63,693 nucleotides of DNA, filler included, from Anaerolineae bacterium (GCA_041082215.1; 8 parts of 8 records of this genome joined end to end with filler, not necessarily neighbours in it); one strand, 5' to 3'; counted from the first letter of the whole stretch, positions 20,704 to 30,049 are shown. A program made the numbers and translations. Notes: a model not told the origin generated them from the letters alone.

Positions 20704-21828
20704 ATGGCTGACTACATCCTTTACCATGCCCGGGCAACCCTGCTCACCCCCCTCCACATCGGCAGCGGGCGGGACCTGCTCCTCTCCTACGACTACGCCG
20801 TCCACGGCGGGCGGACCTGGCGGCTCAACGAGGAGGCTGTCCTGGAGGCCCAGAATGTGGACGATCCGAAGGTACTGGATCGGCTGATAACAATGCCGCC
20901 TGCCGAACTGCTGAAGAAGCCGGAGGATTTCCGGGAGGGGAGCCCCCTCTTCCGCTACGTCATCCGGGGCGTCCCCCGCTCCCAGGAAAAGGGGGCCCAG
21001 TTGCGGGAGCAACTGAAGGACCCCCACGACCGCCTCTACCTTCCCGGCACCAGCCTCAAGGGGGCGCTGCGCACCGCCCTGGCCTGGCATGCGTGGGGAG
21101 AACTGGGCCTCCGCCCGGAGCGGACCCGCCTCAACCCTAACCCCCGCTTCGCCGCGCAGGGATATGAGCGAGCCATCTTTGGCCCCGACCCCAACCACGA
21201 CCTCCTGCGCGCGCTCCACGTGGCCGACAGCGCCTCCGTCGGGCCGGAGCGGCTGATCCTGATCAACGCGCGGGTCCTCTATCCGAGCGGGAAGATAGGC
21301 TCGCCGATTGAACTGGAGGCCATCGCGCCGGAGACGGCTTTCCACTTCACCGTCAAACTGGACCTGGCCCTCTTCTCGGAATGGGCGCAGCGACACCGGT
21401 TGAAGATGCGGGGGGAGGAGTGGCTGCGGGCGCTTCCGAAGATCGTCAACCGGCACACCGTGCAGCGGCTGAAGGAGGAGCGGGCGTGGTTCAACAACGT
21501 CCCCGGCGCGGAGCGGGTGCGGGACTTTTACGGGGAGCTGGGCATCCCGGAGCAGGGCTTCCTCCTGCAGGTGGGGTGGGGGACCGGCTGGGACGACAAG
21601 ACCTTCGGGAGCCGCCTGCGGGCCGACCAGAACTTCCTGGAGGGCATCCTGCGGCCCCCGAAACAGGGTGGCTACGGTCTTGCCCGGAGCCAGCGCCGCC
21701 CCGGCGACCCGTTTCCTAAGACCCGCCGGGTCGTCGTCTCCGTCCAGCGCGCCCCCGACGGCCGCACCCTGGAGCGGGCCGTCGCTCCCCTGGGATGGCT
21801 ATGGGTGGAAATGGAGGAAGTCGGATGA
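20704..21828 (+). CDS. csm5: Type III-A CRISPR RAMP protein Csm5
   Basis: LTPLHIGSG, YLPGTSLKGALRTA, LQVGWGTGW, PLGW. Confidence 0.9.
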   Translation: MADYILYHARATLLTPLHIGSGRDLLLSYDYAVHGGRTWRLNEEAVLEAQNVDDPKVLDRLITMPPAELLKKPEDFREGSPLFRYVIRGVPRSQEKGAQLREQLKDPHDRLYLPGTSLKGALRTALAWHAWGELGLRPERTRLNPNPRFAAQGYERAIFGPDPNHDLLRALHVADSASVGPERLILINARVLYPSGKIGSPIELEAIAPETAFHFTVKLDLALFSEWAQRHRLKMRGEEWLRALPKIVNRHTVQRLKEERAWFNNVPGAERVRDFYGELGIPEQGFLLQVGWGTGWDDKTFGSRLRADQNFLEGILRPPKQGGYGLARSQRRPGDPFPKTRRVVVSVQRAPDGRTLERAVAPLGWLWVEMEEVG

Positions 21829-23462
21829 AAGCCATCTCCTTCTTGGGAACCGGCGACTACAAGACGGCCACCTACGTCTATCAGGGCCGGGAATTCACCA
21901 CCCGCCTCTTCCCGCAGGCCCTCTTCCACTTCTTCCCGGACCTGGAGACCCTATACCTCTTCGCCACCAAGGCTGTCCGGTGCCATTCCAACCTCCAGGA
22001 GCTGAAAGAACGGGTCCCCCCGGAGCGCCTGCAGGTCGTCCCCATCCCGGACGGCGGGTCCGAGGACGAACTCTGGGACATCTTCTCCGCGCTGACGGAA
22101 ACAGTGGAGGAGGAAGAGACCGTCGTCTTTGATATCACCCACTCCTTCCGGTCCATCCCGTTCCTGACCTTTCTGGCGGCGGCCTACCTGCGGGCCGCTC
22201 GTCGGGTGCACATCCACGCTGTGGTTTACGGCGCGTTTGAGGCCCAGCCGAAGGACGACCCCGGCCCCCGGCCCGTCTTTGACCTGACCCCCTTTGTCTT
22301 TCTGCTGGACTGGCTGGCAGCGACCAACCAGTTCATCCACACAGGCGACGCCCAGTACCTGGCCCGCCTCCTGGTCCACGAGGGGGAAGCCCGCCGTTCC
22401 GGCGCCCTCAGGAATGCCGGAACGGACCTGGAGGGCTTCTCCCACGCTATCATGCTCTGCCGTCCCCTGGAGGTGATGGAGAAGGCGGGCCGGGTGAGCG
22501 CCGTCCTGAAGAAAGCGGGCGAGGACCTCTCCCGCTGGGCCCGTCCCTTTGAGGTGATGGCCGGGCGGATAGAGGAGGAGTACGGCCGCCGCGCCCTCCC
22601 CCAACCGACGGAGAACGTCCAGGAGAGCCTCCGGCAGCAACTGGACCTGATCCGCTGGTACGCCGACCACGGCCAGATCATCCAGGCCGTCACCCTGGCC
22701 CGGGAATGGGTGGTTACTGCCGTCGGCTGGCAGTTATACGGAACGTTCGTCCTGGCAACGGCCGAGCGGGGAAACATAGAATGGGGGCTTTCCGGCCTCT
22801 GCAAGGTCGCCCGGGGAGACCTGCCCCCCGACCGGTTGAACGAGGTGGGGCGGGAACTGGAGGGACAGCCGGAGGCGGGAGCCCTCCGGGACTTGTGGGA
22901 TCGGCTGACCGATGTCCGCAATGACCTGGACCACGCCGGGATGCGTCCGGGCCCGATGAAAGCCGCCACGCTGAGCCGAAAGGCGCGGAAAGAGATTCTC
23001 CCCGCGCTGGAGGGACTGGCCCGGGAATGGGGACTGAGTGGAGAAACGGACCCAGCGACAGGGACTAATGGAGGAAACGGCGTGATCATCCTCAATTTCT
23101 CCCACCCCCTTACTGAAGAGCACCTCGCCCGGATAGAGGTGCTGGTCGGAGAGAAAGTGGATCGGGTCATAGAGATACCGACGCAGTTGGACCCTGGGGT
23201 GGACTTCGGCCCCCAGGTGACGGCCCTGGCCGACGCCTGCGGCCTCACCCCCGCCGAATGGCAGACCGTTCCCCTGCTGGTCGTCCCACCGGCCCTCAAC
23301 TTCGCCGCTGTGCTGCTGCTGGCGGAACTCCACGGACGCATGGGCTACTTCCCCCCGTGCGTCCGGACAAGGCTGGTGGAGGGGGCCCTGCCCCCCCGCT
23401 ACGAGGTGGCGGAGGTGCTGGACCTCCAGGGGCAACGGGACAGGGCCCGCACCCGCCGGTAG
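21825..23462 (+). CDS. csx1: Csx1/TM1812-family CARF-HEPN effector fused in frame to a Csx15-like domain
   Basis: ISFLGTGDY, FDITHSFRSIP (CARF), RNDLDH (HEPN), then IILNFSHPLT...LLAELHGRMGYFP (Csx15-like) from 23082. Confidence 0.85.
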   Translation: MKAISFLGTGDYKTATYVYQGREFTTRLFPQALFHFFPDLETLYLFATKAVRCHSNLQELKERVPPERLQVVPIPDGGSEDELWDIFSALTETVEEEETVVFDITHSFRSIPFLTFLAAAYLRAARRVHIHAVVYGAFEAQPKDDPGPRPVFDLTPFVFLLDWLAATNQFIHTGDAQYLARLLVHEGEARRSGALRNAGTDLEGFSHAIMLCRPLEVMEKAGRVSAVLKKAGEDLSRWARPFEVMAGRIEEEYGRRALPQPTENVQESLRQQLDLIRWYADHGQIIQAVTLAREWVVTAVGWQLYGTFVLATAERGNIEWGLSGLCKVARGDLPPDRLNEVGRELEGQPEAGALRDLWDRLTDVRNDLDHAGMRPGPMKAATLSRKARKEILPALEGLAREWGLSGETDPATGTNGGNGVIILNFSHPLTEEHLARIEVLVGEKVDRVIEIPTQLDPGVDFGPQVTALADACGLTPAEWQTVPLLVVPPALNFAAVLLLAELHGRMGYFPPCVRTRLVEGALPPRYEVAEVLDLQGQRDRARTRR

Positions 23463-23503
23463 ATGGTTCTGGATAAAGAAGGGGCAGAAGGCAAGGGGCG
23501 ATG

Positions 23504-23695
23504 AGGTGTATTTCAGTCTGGGGACGGGATGTCCCTGGCCCGGGCCGGACCTGGGGAAACACGAATGGCGCGAATGGAAACGAATGCCGCGAATGGGGCA
23601 GGGATTCCTCCTGTTCGCTGTATTCGGGCCATTCGTGGGATTCGCGATCCACCGACGGGCGAGAGGACCACTCGCCCCAGGATTGAAATACACCC
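23504..23695 (+). mobile_element. 192-bp MITE, copy 2
   Basis: Same TIRs as copy 1; perfect 9-bp TSD GGGGCGATG at 23495-23503 and 23696-23704. Confidence 0.9.
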
Positions 23696-23760
23696 GGGGC
23701 GATGCCTCCTGTCCTGTTGTACCTTAACAACTGGAACAATAACCGAGACGGGGTTCAGAT

Positions 23761-24816
23761 ATGCCACCGCTTTATGTCACCGTTCAGGGCGCTACTCTCC
23801 GTTATCGCACCCGGCGGCTGATCGTCGAGAAGGACGGCGAGGAGGTGACGGCCGTGCCCGCCGCCCACGTTGACCAGGTGCTGATCCTCGGCAATGTCAC
23901 CGTCACCACGCCGGCCCTCAGCTTTCTGCTGGAGGCGGGTGTGGACACCGTCTTCCTCACCCTGCAGGGGCAGTACAAGGGGCGGCTGGTGGGGCCGGTG
24001 GGGGGGAACGCGCAGTTGCGGCTATTTCAGTACAGGCGAGTGAGCGATCCAGCCTGGGCGCTGGAGACGGCGCGGGCCGTTGTCGTCGCCAAACTGCACA
24101 ATATGCGTACCCTGCTGCGGCGGTATGCGCGGCGGGAGAAACCTCCCCCCTCCGCCAGCCCCGAGGGGGATGGGGATGGGGTGGGGGCCGACCCCTCTCC
24201 CCTCTCCGAGGCGGCCGACCGCCTGGATGAACTCATCGCCCGCGCTGGCCGCTGCGCCACCGTCAACTCCCTCAGCGGCGTTGAGGGGCAGGGCACGGCC
24301 GTCTACTTCTCCGTCTTCCGCCACCTGATCCGCGAGCCGGGGTGGAGCTTCGAGAAACGGACCCGCCGTCCTCCACGCGACCCCGTCAACGCCCTCCTGA
24401 GCTTCGGCTATACCCTGCTGGCCCACCAGGTGGAGTCGGCGGTGCGGGCGACGGGTCTGGACCCTTACCTGGGGTTTCTTCATCAGGTCGCCTACAATCG
24501 CCCCTCCCTGGCGCTGGACCTGGTGGAGGAGTTCCGGCCCATCGTCGTTGACAGCGTCGTCCTCCGTTGTCTGAACAACCGGATTGTCCTGCCCGTCCAT
24601 TTCATCGTCAACCCGGAGGGGACCTATCCGGTGCTGTTGAGCGACGAGGGGCGGGCGCGGTTCATCCGGGAGTTCGAGGCGCGGTTGAATCTTTCGTTCA
24701 GACATCCAGACAGTCAGGAGCGGGTGACCTATCGGCGTTGCTTCGAGCTGCAGGCGCGCCGGATGGCCCGTGCCGTGCAGACGGGCGAGGTATACCGACC
24801 GTTCCAGGTCCGGTAA
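23761..24816 (+). CDS. cas1: CRISPR-associated endonuclease Cas1
   Basis: GVEG..YF, RRPPRDPVNALLSFGY, DPYLGFLH, LALDLVEEFRP. Confidence 0.97.
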   Translation: MPPLYVTVQGATLRYRTRRLIVEKDGEEVTAVPAAHVDQVLILGNVTVTTPALSFLLEAGVDTVFLTLQGQYKGRLVGPVGGNAQLRLFQYRRVSDPAWALETARAVVVAKLHNMRTLLRRYARREKPPPSASPEGDGDGVGADPSPLSEAADRLDELIARAGRCATVNSLSGVEGQGTAVYFSVFRHLIREPGWSFEKRTRRPPRDPVNALLSFGYTLLAHQVESAVRATGLDPYLGFLHQVAYNRPSLALDLVEEFRPIVVDSVVLRCLNNRIVLPVHFIVNPEGTYPVLLSDEGRARFIREFEARLNLSFRHPDSQERVTYRRCFELQARRMARAVQTGEVYRPFQVR

Positions 24817-24825
24817 AGGAGGGGG

Positions 24826-25116
24826 ATGAAGGAGCGGGCACGGTACGTCATTGCTTACGACATACCGGATGACAGGCGACGCAATCGGGTGGCCCGCGTG
24901 CTGGAAGGGTACGGTGAGCGGGTCCAGTACAGCGTTTTCGAATGCCAGTTGACGCCGGACCAGTTTCAGAAGCTATGGTCGGAGCTGAAGCGGAAGATCA
25001 GGGAGGCGGAGGACAGCGTGCGGGCCTATCGGCTCTGTCCCGTCTGTGCTGGCTGGGCACGGACGATGGGGCAGGCGGTGCAGGTGGAGGAGGTGCCGGA
25101 GGTCTATATCGTTTAA
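24826..25116 (+). CDS. cas2: CRISPR-associated endonuclease Cas2
   Basis: YVIAYDI...RVQYSVFEC. Confidence 0.97.
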   Translation: MKERARYVIAYDIPDDRRRNRVARVLEGYGERVQYSVFECQLTPDQFQKLWSELKRKIREAEDSVRAYRLCPVCAGWARTMGQAVQVEEVPEVYIV

Positions 25117-25303
25117 CCTGCGAACACCCCCTTTCCGGCGGGCTTGCAGGGCCGGCTGGGAGGGGGGTGTTCGCAGAGAAGGCGCTGGGGGGTGTCCTGC
25201 ACCCATATGTACCCGCTCCTGGACGAGCTATGGGCGGGTTTGTGGTTTGACAGGGGCAGAAAAATGGGTAAAATTGAATACAAAGACCAGGGGAGAAAGG
25301 GCG
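25117..25303 (+). promoter_or_regulatory. CRISPR leader with TGCGAACACCCCC/GGGGGTGTTCGCA palindrome and sigma70-like promoter (TTGACA...TAAAAT)
   Basis: Lies between cas2 and the first repeat. Confidence 0.75.
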
Positions 25304-25485
25304 GTCTGAATCGCCCCAATGCCCGGAAGGGCATTAAGACTAAGCGGAATGGCTAGCCAAACGCTCTCCTGCAAGCTTTACGTCTGAATCGCCCCAATGC
25401 CCGGAAGGGCATTAAGACGGAAGCTGTTGCGACTCTGGAGCTGGGCCAAAGTGTGTCCGTCTGAATCGCCCCAATGCCCGGAAGG
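25304..25485 (+). CRISPR. CRISPR array start (truncated). Repeat GTCTGAATCGCCCCAATGCCCGGAAGGGCATTAAGAC (37 bp) at 25304, 25382 and 25459 (partial); spacers 41 and 40 bp.
   Basis: Identical repeats with an AATGCCC-GGAA-GGGCATT hairpin and an ATTAAGAC 3' end. Confidence 0.95.
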
Positions 25486-25585
25486 NNNNNNNNNNNNNNN
25501 NNNNNNNNNNNNNNNNNNNNNNNNNNNNNTTAATTAATTAANNNNNNNNNNNNNNNNNNNNNNNNNNNNNNNNNNNNNNNNNNNN

Positions 25586-25662
25586 GATTTGAGGGTAAAG
25601 GAGCCGAACTGGACGCAGCCAGCGTCGAATAGGTCGCCGATCAATTGCTCGATCTGACTCAT
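25586..25662 (-). CDS. pyrE: Orotate phosphoribosyltransferase, N-terminus (truncated)
   Basis: MSQIEQLIGDLFDAGCVQFGSFTLKS; start overlaps the pyrF stop. Confidence 0.8.
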
Positions 25663-26504
25663 CCCTTCGCCTCCCGCAGTTGGTTAATGCGTTCACGGAG
25701 CTGGAGCGCCTCGACACGGGCGGCCTCAGCGAAGTCGGGGCCGGAGGAGGCGTAGAGGATGGAACGGGAGACGTTGATAAGCGGGCCGATGGAGTCGGCG
25801 GCAGGGCCATAAGCCACCGACGCCTCCAGGCTCCCCCCCTGAGCGCCGACCCCCGGGATGAGGAACAGGAGGTCAGGGGCCAGCGACCGGAGGCGGGCCA
25901 GTTCCCCGGGATACGTCGCTCCCACAACCAGCCCGCAGGTGCCCGGAAGCTCCGCGTCCCACTGTACGCCCAGCCGTGCTACCTCTTCGTAAAGCGGCCG
26001 GCCCCCTACAGGCCGGTCCTGCAGGTCTGGCGCGGAGGGGTTGGAGGTGCGGGCCAGGAGAAAGACGCCCCGATCGGCCCGCTCCAGGAAGGGGCGCAGC
26101 GCATCCAGTCCCAGGTACGGATTGGCGGTGACCCCGTCCACCCCCAGGTAATCGAAGGCGAAGCGGGCGTAGGCGGCAGCGGTGTGGCCCACATCGCCGA
26201 ACTTGCCGTCCAGAATGACCGGGGTCCCTTCGGGGATGGCCGCCAGCACCTTCTCCAGCGCGGCCAGCCCTTCTCTTCCCTCTGCCAGCCAGAAGGCCAG
26301 ATTGGGTTTGTAGGCGCAGGCCAGGTCGGCGGTGGCTTCGACGACAGCACGGCAAAAGGCCACCAGCGGCTCCCCGGCCTGCCGGAGCGGTTCCGGCAGA
26401 TGCTCTATCACAGGGTCAAGGCCGACGCAGAGCCAGGAACAGGCCCGCTCCTGGGCTTCCTTCAGGCGCTCCCGGAACGTTGGTGTTGAGGGAGTTTTCC
26501 TCAT
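25659..26504 (-). CDS. pyrF: Orotidine-5'-phosphate decarboxylase
   Basis: LCVGLDP, YKPNLAF, ILDGKFGDVGHT, LVVGAT, LIPGVGAQGG. Confidence 0.95.
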   Translation of the reverse strand: MRKTPSTPTFRERLKEAQERACSWLCVGLDPVIEHLPEPLRQAGEPLVAFCRAVVEATADLACAYKPNLAFWLAEGREGLAALEKVLAAIPEGTPVILDGKFGDVGHTAAAYARFAFDYLGVDGVTANPYLGLDALRPFLERADRGVFLLARTSNPSAPDLQDRPVGGRPLYEEVARLGVQWDAELPGTCGLVVGATYPGELARLRSLAPDLLFLIPGVGAQGGSLEASVAYGPAADSIGPLINVSRSILYASSGPDFAEAARVEALQLRERINQLREAKG

Positions 26505-26514
26505 TCATCCCTCC

Positions 26515-26550
26515 ATAAAAAAGACCTTTGGACACCGGTCCAAAGGTCTC
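26515..26550 (-). terminator. Intrinsic terminator within the pyrF 5' leader (attenuator)
   Basis: AGACCTTTGGAC-CGGT-GTCCAAAGGTCT followed by a T-run, just before the GGAGG RBS. Confidence 0.85.
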
Positions 26551-26626
26551 AGCTCAGCGGGCCCTTCTGCCGGCCCGTCTACAGTGACGATCCCTGTATA
26601 TAAGCGTCCGGCGGACATCGGATAAA

Positions 26627-26655
26627 AGTATACCTCGAACGAGGGGTCCTGTCAA
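26627..26655 (-). promoter_or_regulatory. Sigma70 promoter of pyrF
   Basis: TTGACA-17 nt-TATACT on the minus strand. Confidence 0.8.
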
Positions 26656-26670
26656 CTTCATCATCTGTAG

Positions 26671-26862
26671 AGGTGTATTTCAGTTTGGGGGCGAGATGTC
26701 CCTGGCCCGGGCCGGACCTGGGCAAACACGAATGACGCGAATGGGAACGAATATCGCGAATGGGGCAGGGATCCCTCCTGTTCGCTGTATTCGGGCCATT
26801 CGTGGGATTCGCAATCCACGGGCGAGCGAGAGGACCACTCGCCCCGAAATTGAAATACGCCC
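26671..26862 (+). mobile_element. 192-bp MITE, copy 3
   Basis: Same TIRs and body; no clear TSD. Confidence 0.88.
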
Positions 26863-26954
26863 TTCGTCCGCTTTGGCTTTCCTCCCGGTTGTGCTAAAAT
26901 ATAGCCTGCCCGCAAATCGTCATCTGCCACCCTATACTGTGGAGGGAAGAGCCA

Positions 26955-27389
26955 ATGAAAGTCCTAGCCTTCGACTCAGAGCGCTGTGTCGGTTGCCATA
27001 TCTGCGAGGAGGTCTGCTCTGATACCTGGTTTAAAGCCACCGATGTAGAAAAATCCAGCATTCGCATTCTGGACGAGGGCACGGGCCTTCTGCAGGCTGT
27101 TTTCTGCGTTCAGTGCGGCGAGTGCATAGATGTCTGTCCCACCAAGGCCCTTTATCGGGACCGGAAGGGCATCGTCCGCCTGCGGAAGCAGTTGTGCGTG
27201 GGCTGCCTATCGTGTGTGGGCTTCTGCCCCTATGCGGCGATGTTCTACCACCCGGACCAGCTGGAGCCTTTCAAGTGCATCGCCTGTGGCCAGTGCGTGG
27301 AGGGGTGCCCTGCCAATGCCCTGGAGATTGTCGAGGAGCCGACACCGGCCCTGACTGTGACCGAGCAGTGGGAGGCGGTGGCGGGGTGA
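26955..27389 (+). CDS. 4Fe-4S ferredoxin-type protein (AOR partner)
   Basis: Four Cys clusters of the CxxCxxCxxxC type. Confidence 0.9.
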   Translation: MKVLAFDSERCVGCHICEEVCSDTWFKATDVEKSSIRILDEGTGLLQAVFCVQCGECIDVCPTKALYRDRKGIVRLRKQLCVGCLSCVGFCPYAAMFYHPDQLEPFKCIACGQCVEGCPANALEIVEEPTPALTVTEQWEAVAG

Positions 27390-27444
27390 ACGGAGTATAC
27401 GTATTCCGTATTCCGTATTTCTAGACAAAGAAGGAGCGAGGAGA

Positions 27445-29589
27445 ATGAACGCTCAAGGTTCCCGTCGTGTGCTGGCCGAGTTCGCCTATGAGGTCCCTCC
27501 AGTAGAGCGCGGCTATACCGGCCAGACCCTTTATGTCAATCTTTCCGATAACACCATTGCTGCCAGGCCGGTCACCGATGAGATGAAGGAGAAATTCACC
27601 GGCGGCCGGGGGTTCGGCCTGTGGCTTTTGTGGCACGGGGTGAGGGACAATACGAAATGGAACGACCCGGAGAACGAGATCGTCATCTCTTCCGGGCCAT
27701 GCGGTGGTACCACCCAGTATCCCGGCTCCGGCAAGTCGCTGGTCGTCTCGATCTCTCCGCTGACCGATATCCCCATAGACTCCAACGTCGGCGGCCATTT
27801 CGGCCCGCTGTTGAAGTTCGCGGGCTGGGACGCATTGGAGCTCCAGGGGAAGGCGGAGAGGGACGTCATCGTCATTGTTGATGGGCAGAACGGCCGCATC
27901 ACCGTTGAGGAAGCGCCCGACGTGCCGGTGGACACCCACCTGATCGGCCACTGGCTGATCGAGCAGATGGCGGAGAAGGAGGAGGACCGGTACTTTATGT
28001 CGGTGGTCTCATCGGGCCAGGGGGCCGAGCACACGCGCATTGGCTGTCTGAACTTCAGTTTTTACGATCGGCGGCGGAAGGCCCCCCGCTTCAAGCAGGC
28101 CGGTCGGGGAGGGATCGGAACGGTCCTGCGCGATAAACGGGTCAAGGCGATCGTGGTCAAGAGCCCGCCGGTCCGGGGCGACTCCAACCACCCGGCCGAT
28201 CCGGAACGGATCGCCCGCGCTGGCATGCGTCTGCATAAGGAGATCCACGATTACGACGACCAGCAGAACCGAATGCGCAGGCGGGGCACCTCCTACCTGG
28301 TCGGTATTATGAACGACTACGATCTGCTGCCGGTCCATAACTTCCGCTACGGTTCCCATCCGGATGCGGTGAAGATAGATGGGGATGTATGGCAGAGCCG
28401 CTTCAGCCAGGGGTTGCCCGACGGCTGCTGGTATGGCTGCACGATGGCCTGTTCCCACGCAGTGGACGGCTATACCGTCCGCACCGGCCCCTACAAGGGC
28501 CAGAAGGTGATCGTGGATGGGCCGGAGTACGAGACCATCGCCGGGGTCGGTTCCAACTGCGGTATTTTCGATCCCGACGACATCCTGGAGATCAACTTTT
28601 ACTGCGATACGTACGGGCTCGACACCATCTCCTTCGGCACTCTCACCGCCTTCGTGATGGAGTGTTATGAAGCGGGGGTCCTCGACAAAGAGAAGACCGG
28701 CGGGCTGGAGCTCCGGTTCGGCAACGCCGGGGCGGCGATCGAGATGCTCCACCAGATGGCGCGCGGGGAAGGGTTTGGCAGGATTGCCGGGCAGGGGATC
28801 CGCCGGATGAAGGAGCACTTTGTCCGGGAGTTCGGAGCCGATCCGCAGTTCTTGCAGGACATCGGGATGGAGGCCAAGGGGCTGGAGTACTCAGAGTACG
28901 TCTCCAAAGAATCGCTGGCCCAGCAGGGCGGCTATGGCCTGACCAACAAAGGCCCCCAGCACGACGAGGCCTGGCTCATCTTTATGGATATGGTGAGCAA
29001 CCTCCTGCCCACCTTCGAGGACAAGGCGGAGGCGCTCCACTACTTCCCCATGTTCCGCACCTGGTTTGGCCTCTGCGGCTTCTGCAAGCTTCCCTGGAAC
29101 GACATCGTCCCGCCGGACAACGCCTACACCGACGAGCCGGCTAAAATCCCCGAACACGTCCGCAACTACGTCGAGCTGTTCAGCGGGGTGACCGGTCGGG
29201 AGATCACCGCCGAAGACCTCATCACGATGTCGGAGCGGGTCTACAACTTCCAGCGGGTGTTCAACATCCGCCTCGGGAAAGGATTGCGGGAGCACGACGC
29301 GGTCCCCTATCGCTCTCAGGGGCCGGTGACGGTGGAGGAGTACCGGTCGCGGGCCGAGCGGTATGATAAGCAGCTCCGGGAGCTTCTGGGGCTTGATCCG
29401 GAGAAGATGACGACGGAGGAGAAGGTCGCCGCGCTGCGGAAGCATCGGGAAGCGCAGTACCAGAAGCTGATTGACGCGGTGTATGAGCGGCGCGGATGGA
29501 CCCGGAACGGGGTCCCTACGCTGGAAACACTGAAACGGCTGGGGATTGACTATCCGGAGGTCGTCGCCGTCGTCCAGAAGCACCTGTAA
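27445..29589 (+). CDS. Aldehyde:ferredoxin oxidoreductase family (tungsten) protein
   Basis: DSNVGGHFG..LKFAGWD, AGRGGIG, GPEYET, CDTYGLDTIS, ERVYNFQRVFN. Confidence 0.92.
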   Translation: MNAQGSRRVLAEFAYEVPPVERGYTGQTLYVNLSDNTIAARPVTDEMKEKFTGGRGFGLWLLWHGVRDNTKWNDPENEIVISSGPCGGTTQYPGSGKSLVVSISPLTDIPIDSNVGGHFGPLLKFAGWDALELQGKAERDVIVIVDGQNGRITVEEAPDVPVDTHLIGHWLIEQMAEKEEDRYFMSVVSSGQGAEHTRIGCLNFSFYDRRRKAPRFKQAGRGGIGTVLRDKRVKAIVVKSPPVRGDSNHPADPERIARAGMRLHKEIHDYDDQQNRMRRRGTSYLVGIMNDYDLLPVHNFRYGSHPDAVKIDGDVWQSRFSQGLPDGCWYGCTMACSHAVDGYTVRTGPYKGQKVIVDGPEYETIAGVGSNCGIFDPDDILEINFYCDTYGLDTISFGTLTAFVMECYEAGVLDKEKTGGLELRFGNAGAAIEMLHQMARGEGFGRIAGQGIRRMKEHFVREFGADPQFLQDIGMEAKGLEYSEYVSKESLAQQGGYGLTNKGPQHDEAWLIFMDMVSNLLPTFEDKAEALHYFPMFRTWFGLCGFCKLPWNDIVPPDNAYTDEPAKIPEHVRNYVELFSGVTGREITAEDLITMSERVYNFQRVFNIRLGKGLREHDAVPYRSQGPVTVEEYRSRAERYDKQLRELLGLDPEKMTTEEKVAALRKHREAQYQKLIDAVYERRGWTRNGVPTLETLKRLGIDYPEVVAVVQKHL

Positions 29590-29687
29590 CAGGCGCTGAG
29601 TTCTTGTCGCGGAGGCACAGAGGGCACGGGGAGCTGATCCCTTCCCGAAGGCCCTCTGTGCCCTCCGCGTCCACGTGCTTTTGCAGT

Positions 29688-29888
29688 ATGATCCGAATCA
29701 ACAACCGTGACGAGATGGAATGGGAGGAAGGGCTGACCGTATCCGTCCTGCTGGAACGGATGCGTTTCTCCTTTCCCCATATCATCGTGACCATTGACGG
29801 GAAGGTGGTGCCCCGCGACGAATATGAAACCCATCTCATCCCCGACGGGGCAAATGTGCGTGTCATCCATCTGATCGCCGGAGGGTGA
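29688..29888 (+). CDS. ThiS/MoaD-family sulfur carrier
   Basis: 66 aa ending in IAGG; follows the AOR gene. Confidence 0.85.
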   Translation: MIRINNRDEMEWEEGLTVSVLLERMRFSFPHIIVTIDGKVVPRDEYETHLIPDGANVRVIHLIAGG

Positions 29889-29920
29889 TCGGCTGGGGCG
29901 GCGAGCTGGCGGATGTGGAC

Positions 29921-30034
29921 AGGTGTATTTCAGTTTGGGGGCGAGATGTCCCTGGCCCGGGCCGGACCTGGGGAAACACGATTGGCGCAAATGGAAACGA
30001 ATGCCACGAATCGCCCCGAAATTGAAATACGCCT
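29921..30034 (+). mobile_element. MITE copy 4, internally deleted (114 bp)
   Basis: Both TIRs retained; flanks GATGTGGAC / GATGTGGAG (8 of 9 match). Confidence 0.85.
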
Positions 30035-30049
30035 GATGTGGAGGGGGCC

